A stretch of 64,000 nucleotides of DNA, taken from contig CAVUKB010000007.1 of assembly GCA_963741955.1 (NCBI GenBank), positions 288,001 to 352,000 of the forward strand, in the 5' to 3' direction. Positions 58,096 through 64,000 of the stretch are shown in pieces. The position numbers were made by a program, and so were the translations under genes. The stretch's first letter is position 1. The number at the start of each line of letters is the position of its first letter. The notes beneath the pieces are model-generated. The model did no database searches and was not told the origin of the DNA. It saw only the letters and a program-made list of their open reading frames with translations. This DNA is from an uncultured Acidobacteriota bacterium. Lineage in GTDB: Bacteria; Acidobacteriota; Thermoanaerobaculia; Gp7-AA8.

Positions 58096-60135
58096 CTACT
58101 GAACCCGATCGAACAGGCGCTCGTTCGCGATCAATTGCTGCGTCATCGCATTCGCGTGCACCTTCGCGATGGCGATGCGCGACGCGGCGTCGGGCTCCTG
58201 CAGCAGGACGCTCACCTGGGCGCGTTTGAAGAGCGCCATCGGATATCCGGGATCGCTCGCGGTGACGCGATCGAGCGCGTCTCGGGCATCGGCGAGCCTG
58301 CGCGCATCGAGGTAAAGCACTCCGAGCTCGAGATCGTGTGCGAACCGGGAGCCTTCGGTCGTCCTCGCCCGCTCGAACGCATCGAGCGCCACCGGAGTAT
58401 TGCCGACGCGCATCGCGAGCTCGCCGAGGTGAACCAGCTCCGCGCCGTCGGGCGACTTCATGCCGAATGCGCGCTGGTAGAGATCGACGGCCTGATCGAG
58501 CTCCCCTTCACGCTCCCGTATCGCTGCGAGCCCTTCGATGGCGGGAAGGCGGTCGGGCGTCTTCGCCAGCACCTTCTCGAGCAGGGGTGCGGCACGGTCG
58601 GGCTGCCCGCCACGGAGATAGTGAAGTGCGAGATACATCTTCACGTCGAGCGAATCCGGCGCGATCGCTTCAGCTCGATGGAACGACGCGATCGCCGCCG
58701 CGTTGCGGCCGAGCGCCGACTCGGCGACTGCGAGCCGCAGCGTGACCATGAGATTGTTCGGATCCTGGCGGAGGATCTTCTCGAAGAGCGGCACCACCTC
58801 CGCGTAACTCGCACTCCCGAACAGCGCCGATGCTTCGTCGAGCTCTCCGAACATCCCGACCATGTCGATCGGGCGGGGAGCGTCTTTTCGCAGAGGCGGA
58901 CGCGCCTCCGACGCGATGTAGCCGAGACTCGCGAGCTGCTTGCGGTCTTCGTCACTCAGATCGGTGTTGCCGGCCGGCTGGTCCGGTGACGGAATCGGGT
59001 ACTCGCGGATCGCGGTGCGTACGTCGCGCGGAATGGCGGCGTCCGGCGCGAGGTCCTTCGTCTCCTTCGGATCCGCCACGACGTCGTAGATCTCGAGGGA
59101 GCCGGCTTCGATGTACTTGCGGTGTCCCTCCACCGCCATTACCTGCGGCTGCCATCCGTACTGGAGAAAAGGGGCCATCGCTTCGGCGATCACCACTTCC
59201 GGTTTCGTGTTCCGAAGGCTCTCGGACCGGTCGATTCCCGCGAAATCGAGGATCGTCTGGCAGATCCGTCGTGTGCTCACAGGAGTGTCGGAGACGGCGC
59301 TGCGGAACCCTGGCCCCGTGACGATCAGCGGCACGTGAATCGTCGTTTGATAGAGCAGATTTCCGTGCTGCGACTCCCCGTGGTCGCCGAGCCCTTCGCC
59401 GTGATCACCGACCACGATGACGCCGACCGGACCGTTCGCGCGCGAGCGGAACGCGGCGACGAGGCGTCCCATCTGCTGGTCCATTTCAGCGATCTCGCCG
59501 AGATACGGCCGGCCGGCGTAGCGGGATCGGAACGGCTCGGGAGGTTCGTACGGAAAATGAGGGTCGTAGTAATGAACCCAGACGAACAGCGGCAGCGCGG
59601 GTGACTGCGCGAGCCACCGCAGAGCGAGGTCGGTGGTCTCTTTCGAGCTTCGTTCGTTGCGGCCGCGGCCGAGTGTGTCGTCGTAGTGGTCGAATCCGCG
59701 GGCGAGACCGAACTGTCGCTCGAGCGGGAAGCCGGAGATGAACGCGGCGGTCGCGTACCCCGCCTGGTGGAGGCGCTCCGCCACGAGCGGTTCCTTCGAG
59801 GAGAGATATCGGGCGTTCTCGTGGAGTCCGTGCGCAGCCGGATAGAGTCCGGTCATCATCGACGTGTGAGAGGGAAGCGTCTCGGGCGCCGTGGCGTACG
59901 CCTGCCGGAATCGCATTCCTTCTGCGGCGAGAGAGTCGAACGCCGGGGTGTCGACGCCCTTCGCTTCGGGACCGATGGAATCCGCGCGGGTCGTGTCGAG
60001 AGTGACCAGAAGTATCGAAGGACGGACCGACGGGGGAGCCGGCGTCTTCGTCTCGGGCACGTTTCGCGAGCAGGCGGCGAGCGCTGCGATCGCGGCCGCT
60101 ACCAACGCGATTCGGAGTGAACGGGAGATCTTCAT
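58096..60135 (-). CDS. Sulfatase-like (alkaline phosphatase superfamily) lipoprotein with C-terminal TPRs
   Basis: Lipobox LAAC; VTLDTTRAD, APETLPSH, HYYDPHFPY, GDHGEGLGDHGE, LASLGY, TPR array. Confidence 0.92.
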   Translation of the reverse strand: MKISRSLRIALVAAAIAALAACSRNVPETKTPAPPSVRPSILLVTLDTTRADSIGPEAKGVDTPAFDSLAAEGMRFRQAYATAPETLPSHTSMMTGLYPAAHGLHENARYLSSKEPLVAERLHQAGYATAAFISGFPLERQFGLARGFDHYDDTLGRGRNERSSKETTDLALRWLAQSPALPLFVWVHYYDPHFPYEPPEPFRSRYAGRPYLGEIAEMDQQMGRLVAAFRSRANGPVGVIVVGDHGEGLGDHGESQHGNLLYQTTIHVPLIVTGPGFRSAVSDTPVSTRRICQTILDFAGIDRSESLRNTKPEVVIAEAMAPFLQYGWQPQVMAVEGHRKYIEAGSLEIYDVVADPKETKDLAPDAAIPRDVRTAIREYPIPSPDQPAGNTDLSDEDRKQLASLGYIASEARPPLRKDAPRPIDMVGMFGELDEASALFGSASYAEVVPLFEKILRQDPNNLMVTLRLAVAESALGRNAAAIASFHRAEAIAPDSLDVKMYLALHYLRGGQPDRAAPLLEKVLAKTPDRLPAIEGLAAIREREGELDQAVDLYQRAFGMKSPDGAELVHLGELAMRVGNTPVALDAFERARTTEGSRFAHDLELGVLYLDARRLADARDALDRVTASDPGYPMALFKRAQVSVLLQEPDAASRIAIAKVHANAMTQQLIANERLFDRVQ

Positions 60136-60219
60136 GGCGAAACGGGGATGGGTGGATTCTATCGAGCGAGGAAACGAATCGGTGCGGTTCGATATTGCGC
60201 GGATGGTGTGGATGTGAAA

Positions 60220-62015
60220 GTGGGTCGCGCAAAGTGGGTTGCGGGTGAGTGGGTCGCGCGTCCCGCGCGAGGCTCCCCGGCATCCGTGCCGGGGAGCGAT
60301 GGCGTCAACGCGGCGCAGGGCGTTCCTCTCGCGCGTCGAGGTGTTCGTGTCTCGATTCTCGGGAGGATGGGCGTGACTTGCACCGGGCAGGGCGGCGCGG
60401 GACGCCGCCCTGCATCGGACGAGACGTCCAACCCACAAGTGGGTCGCGCGCGAGTGGGTCGCGCGTCCCGCGCGAGGCTCCCCGGCATCCGTGCCGGGGA
60501 GCGATGGGGTCAACGCGGCGCAGGGCGCTTCTCTCGCGCGTCGAGGTGTTCGTGTCTCGATTCTCGGGAGGATGGTGGTGACTTGCACGGGACAGGGCGG
60601 CGCGGGACGCCGCCCTGCATCGGACGGGACGTCCAACCCACAAGCCGCTGCATCGGACGAGACGTCCAACCCACAAGTGGGTCGCGCGCGAGTGGGTCGC
60701 GCGTCCCGCGCGAGGCTCCCCGGCATCCGTGCCGGGGAGCGATGGGGTCAACGCGGCGCAGGGCGTTCCTCTCGCGCGTCGAGGTGTTCGTGTCTCGATT
60801 CTCGGGAGGATGGTGGTGACTTGCACGGGACAGGGCGGCGCGGGACGCCGCCCTGCATCGGACGAGACGTCCAACCCACAAAGTGGGTCGCGCGCGAGTG
60901 GGTCGCGCGTCCCGCGCGAGGCTCCCCGGCATCCGTGCCGGGGAGCGATGGCGTCAACGTGGCGCAGGGCGCTTCTCTCGCGCGTCGAGGTGTTCGTGTC
61001 TCGATTCTCGGGAGGATCGTCGTGACTTGCACGGGACAGGGCGGCGCGGGACGCCGCCCTGCATCGGACGAGACGTCCAACCCACAAGTGGGTCGCGCGC
61101 GAGTGGGTCGCGCGTCCCGCGCGAGGCTCCCCGGCATCCGTGCCGGGGAGCGATGGGGTCAACGCGGCGCAGGGCGCTTCTCTCGCGCGTCGAGGTGTTC
61201 GTGTCTCGATTTTCGGGAGGATGGGCGTGACTTGCACGGGACAGGGCGGCGCGGGACGCCGCCCTGCATCGGACGGGACGTCCAACCCACAAGTGGGTCG
61301 CGCGTCTCGCGCGAGGCTCCCCGGCATCCGTGCCGGGGAGCGATGGGGTGAACGCGGCGCAGGGCGCTTCTCTCGCGCGTCGAGGTGTTCGTGTTTCGAT
61401 TCTCGGGAGGATGGGCGTGACTTGCACGGGACAGGGCGGCGCGGGACGCCGCCCTGCATCGGACGGGACGTCCAACCCACAGGCCCCTGCATCGGACGAG
61501 ACGTCCAACCCACAAGTGGGTTGCGGGTCCCGCGCGAGGCTCCCCGGCATCCGTGCCGGGGAGCGATGGCGTCAACGCGGCGCAGGGCGTTCCTCTCGCG
61601 CGTCGAGGTGTTCGTGTCTCGATTCTCGGGAGGATGGTGGTGACTTGCACTGGGCAGGGCGGCGCGGGACGCCGCCCTGCATCGGACGAGACGTCCAACC
61701 CACAAAGTGGTTCGCGCGTCCCGCGCGAGGCTCCCCGGCATCCGTGCCGGGGAGCGATGGGGTCAACGCGGCGCGAGGCGCTTCTCTCGCGCGTCGAGGT
61801 GTTCGTGTTTCGATTCTCGGGAGGATGGGCGTGACTTGCACTGGACAGGGCGGCGCGGGACGCCGCCCTGCATCGGACGGGACGTCCAACCCACAGGCCC
61901 CTGCATCGGACGGGACGTCCAACCCACAGGCCCCTGCATCGGACGGGACGTCCAACCCACAAGTGGGTCGCGCGTCCCGCGCGAGGCTCCCCGGCATCCG
62001 TGCCGGGGAGCGATG
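60220..62015. repeat. Nine-unit tandem array of ~190-256 bp hairpin-rich REPIN-like units (family D)
   Basis: GCTCCCCGGCA-TCCG-TGCCGGGGAGC at 60272, 60477, 60715, 60921, 61126, 61316, 61539, 61730 and 61986; intervening sequence is near-identical. Confidence 0.95.
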
Positions 62016-62032
62016 CCATCGACGCGGCGCGA

Positions 62033-62587
62033 TCAGGAGCCGATCGAACCTTCCAATCCCTGGGCGATCGACAGATGCTTTTGAATTCCCTGATCGATCG
62101 CCTGCAGGAGATTGCGGAGCTTCGCATTCCGGGTCGCCGGAATCAACGTATCCTGCAGCAGCCGGTGGACGTAACCGTGGACCGCGGCCTCGGTCTGGAC
62201 GAATTTCCGGTCGAACGCTGCACCCTGATAGGTCTGAAGAGCCTGTACGGTCTGGTCGGCATTGTCGGAGAGCGTGCGGGCGGCGTCGGAATCGAGCGCG
62301 GTGACGTGGATCTGAGACAGTGTGCTGCTGATCTTGTCCGCCACATCGTGATGATCCGACAGCATGGTCTGGGCGAACTCCTTGACACCCGGGGTCGTCG
62401 CGCGGCTGCTCGCCAGCTCCGCCTGACGGATCGCCCCCTGGTTGATGGTGGAGATGATTCCGGCGATCTGGCCGTCCGTGAAGCCGGGCTGGACCGCTGG
62501 CTGCGTCGAAGCGCACCCGGCCAGGGTCGCGGCGAAGACCACCGCCCCGACCAATGTGATTCCGATTCGAATCGGAGAATGCTTCAT
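62033..62587 (-). CDS. DUF4142 lipoprotein
   Basis: AGGAGG SD; lipobox LAGC; TDGQIAGII..IN...AELA.....VKEFAQTMLSDH...GAAFDRKFV...H..IAQ. Confidence 0.9.
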   Translation of the reverse strand: MKHSPIRIGITLVGAVVFAATLAGCASTQPAVQPGFTDGQIAGIISTINQGAIRQAELASSRATTPGVKEFAQTMLSDHHDVADKISSTLSQIHVTALDSDAARTLSDNADQTVQALQTYQGAAFDRKFVQTEAAVHGYVHRLLQDTLIPATRNAKLRNLLQAIDQGIQKHLSIAQGLEGSIGS

Positions 62588-62742
62588 CTCGAGTCCTCCT
62601 TCTGAGACAAGACTGCGGGTTGCGCGAAGATCGCAGCAAAGTTCGAGCCCGGAGGCAAACGAGTCGGAGCTATCGTCACTCCGAAGAGCGGACGCCGGGA
62701 ATGTCTCCCCTTGCAGCACGCGACTCGCGGGAGGAGGTCGTA

Positions 62743-62862
62743 ATGAAGGGTCTGTCGCTCACCGTCATCCTGACGATCGTGGTGCTGCTGATCGGGTGGG
62801 ACTTCGGGCGTGGTGTCTTGCCTTCACTGACGGGCCGTGGGGACGGCCTGCGAGCCCGATGA
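62743..62862 (+). CDS. 39-aa single-TM small protein
   Basis: GAGGAGGT SD; MKGLSLTVILTIVVLLIGWDFGRG...; overlaps the ansA tail on the opposite strand. Confidence 0.5.
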   Translation: MKGLSLTVILTIVVLLIGWDFGRGVLPSLTGRGDGLRAR

Positions 62863-63882
62863 TGGGGGGCGCGGGGTCAGCTCTCCTCTCAGGTCCTCCT
62901 CCATCCGCGTCCGCACCTCATCCGGTGACGCTCCACCACTGAAGAGATAGTACAGCTTGGTCAGTGCGGCCTCGCTGGTCATGTCGAAGCCGCTGATGAC
63001 CCCCACTCTCGCGAGCGCTTTTCCGGTTGCGTAGTCTTCGAGATCGACACTTCCCTCCAGGCACTGCGTGCAATCCACTACGACCACGCCACGGCCGATC
63101 GACTCGCCGATGGCGGCGATGAGCTCGTGATCGCGCTCCGGAGCATTGCCGACACCGTAGGCCTCGAGGACCAGACCCTGAAGCGGAGGCTGGAGAATGT
63201 TCCGAAGCCATCGCGCGGAGATCCCAGGAAAAAGACGAAGGGCTCCCACGACCGGCTGACTCATCTCGCGTACCGTCAGCGGCCCGCCGGGGACAGGCGA
63301 GCGGATCAGTTCGCGTTTGATCTCGATCTCGACTCCCGCCGTTCCGAGCGGCGGATAGTTGGGCGAGGCGAATGCGTCGAATCCTCCCGCGCTGATCTTG
63401 ACCGAGCGGCAGCCGCGCAGGAGGCGGTTTCCGAAGAAGAGGCAGACTTCCGGAATCGGTTCGTTCGCCGCGATCAGGAGCGATGTGATGATGTTTTCCC
63501 GCGCGTCGTTCCGCACTTCGCAGAGAGGGATCTGAGAGCCGGTGAGGATCACGGGTTTGCGAAGTCCCTCCAGCATGAATGCGAGTGCCGACGCCGTGTA
63601 GGCCATGGTGTCCGTTCCGTGGAAGACGACGAATCCGTCGAACTCGTCGTAATGCGCGGCGATGTCGCGCGCGATCCTGAGCCAGTCCGAAGGCATCATG
63701 TTGGACGAGTCGAGCAGAGGCTCGTACTCGCGCAGCGTGTACTCGGGCATGAGCGGATGCTCGAGCTCGGGCATCGCCGCAAGCTGCTGCTCGAGAAAAC
63801 GGGGATCGGGAGCCCATCCGCTCTCGCTCTTTCTCATCCCGATCGTTCCGCCGGTGTATGCGATGTAGACGCGCCTGGTCAT
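62824..63882 (-). CDS. ansA: L-asparaginase type I
   Basis: AYTGGTIGM, LLDSSNM, HGTDTMAYTASAL, TGSQIPL, YGVGN, DMTSEAALTKL. Confidence 0.96.
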   Translation of the reverse strand: MTRRVYIAYTGGTIGMRKSESGWAPDPRFLEQQLAAMPELEHPLMPEYTLREYEPLLDSSNMMPSDWLRIARDIAAHYDEFDGFVVFHGTDTMAYTASALAFMLEGLRKPVILTGSQIPLCEVRNDARENIITSLLIAANEPIPEVCLFFGNRLLRGCRSVKISAGGFDAFASPNYPPLGTAGVEIEIKRELIRSPVPGGPLTVREMSQPVVGALRLFPGISARWLRNILQPPLQGLVLEAYGVGNAPERDHELIAAIGESIGRGVVVVDCTQCLEGSVDLEDYATGKALARVGVISGFDMTSEAALTKLYYLFSGGASPDEVRTRMEEDLRGELTPRPPSSGSQAVPTARQ

Positions 63883-64000
63883 CCCTCGAATCTTAGCAAG
63901 TTGCGGGTCGCGAGTTCCGAGTTCCGAGTTGCAACCGGCAACTGGCAACTTCCCCCCACCGGGCCGATGTTGGTAGTGGAGCGGTGAGCCCGGCAGGCAA

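Noticed and set aside
60220-62015. CRISPR array
   Set aside because: Inter-repeat segments are near-identical rather than unique spacers, the period is about 200 bp, and no cas genes are present.
60136-62127. Repeat-encoded proteins and the 876-aa extended sulfatase ORF
   Set aside because: Base unit lengths (205, 190) are not multiples of 3, all frames read as Arg/Ala/Pro noise, and the real signal peptide starts at 60135.

Overview
High-GC bacterial chromosomal window; gene content (Oar-like TonB receptor, Thr-type sulfatase-TPR, Arg-rich-tailed secreted protein, SgmX-like TPR) suggests Acidobacteriota, possibly Thermoanaerobaculia (inference). It opens with the ffh-rpsP-khpA-rimM/trmD-rplS-rnhB operon, in which RimM and TrmD are fused, followed by a large TPR protein cut by the window edge. 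Other genes: HNH nuclease, pyrF, a PolX-PHP with a degenerate polymerase site, a decayed two-component locus, two aldo/keto reductases, HigBA, an ECF sigma/anti-sigma/mini-secretin operon, purD-purE-CDF, GGDEF, GH15, a 2,408-aa TamB-POTRA-Omp85 single-chain fusion, rsgA, a DUF2442/DUF4160 pair, an intact IS1634-family element (6-bp target duplication), S9 peptidase, amidohydrolase-APC permease-serine hydrolase, TonB receptor, sulfatase-TPR, DUF4142 and ansA. Intergenic DNA holds several REP/REPIN-like families (including a 1.8-kb nine-unit modular hairpin array), heptamer tandem repeats and a recurring leaderless-promoter signature. The strongest novelty candidates are the trans-envelope TamB-Omp85 fusion, the modular hairpin array and the mini-secretin operon. 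No tRNA, rRNA or CRISPR was seen. All family calls come from motif recognition by eye, not database searches.
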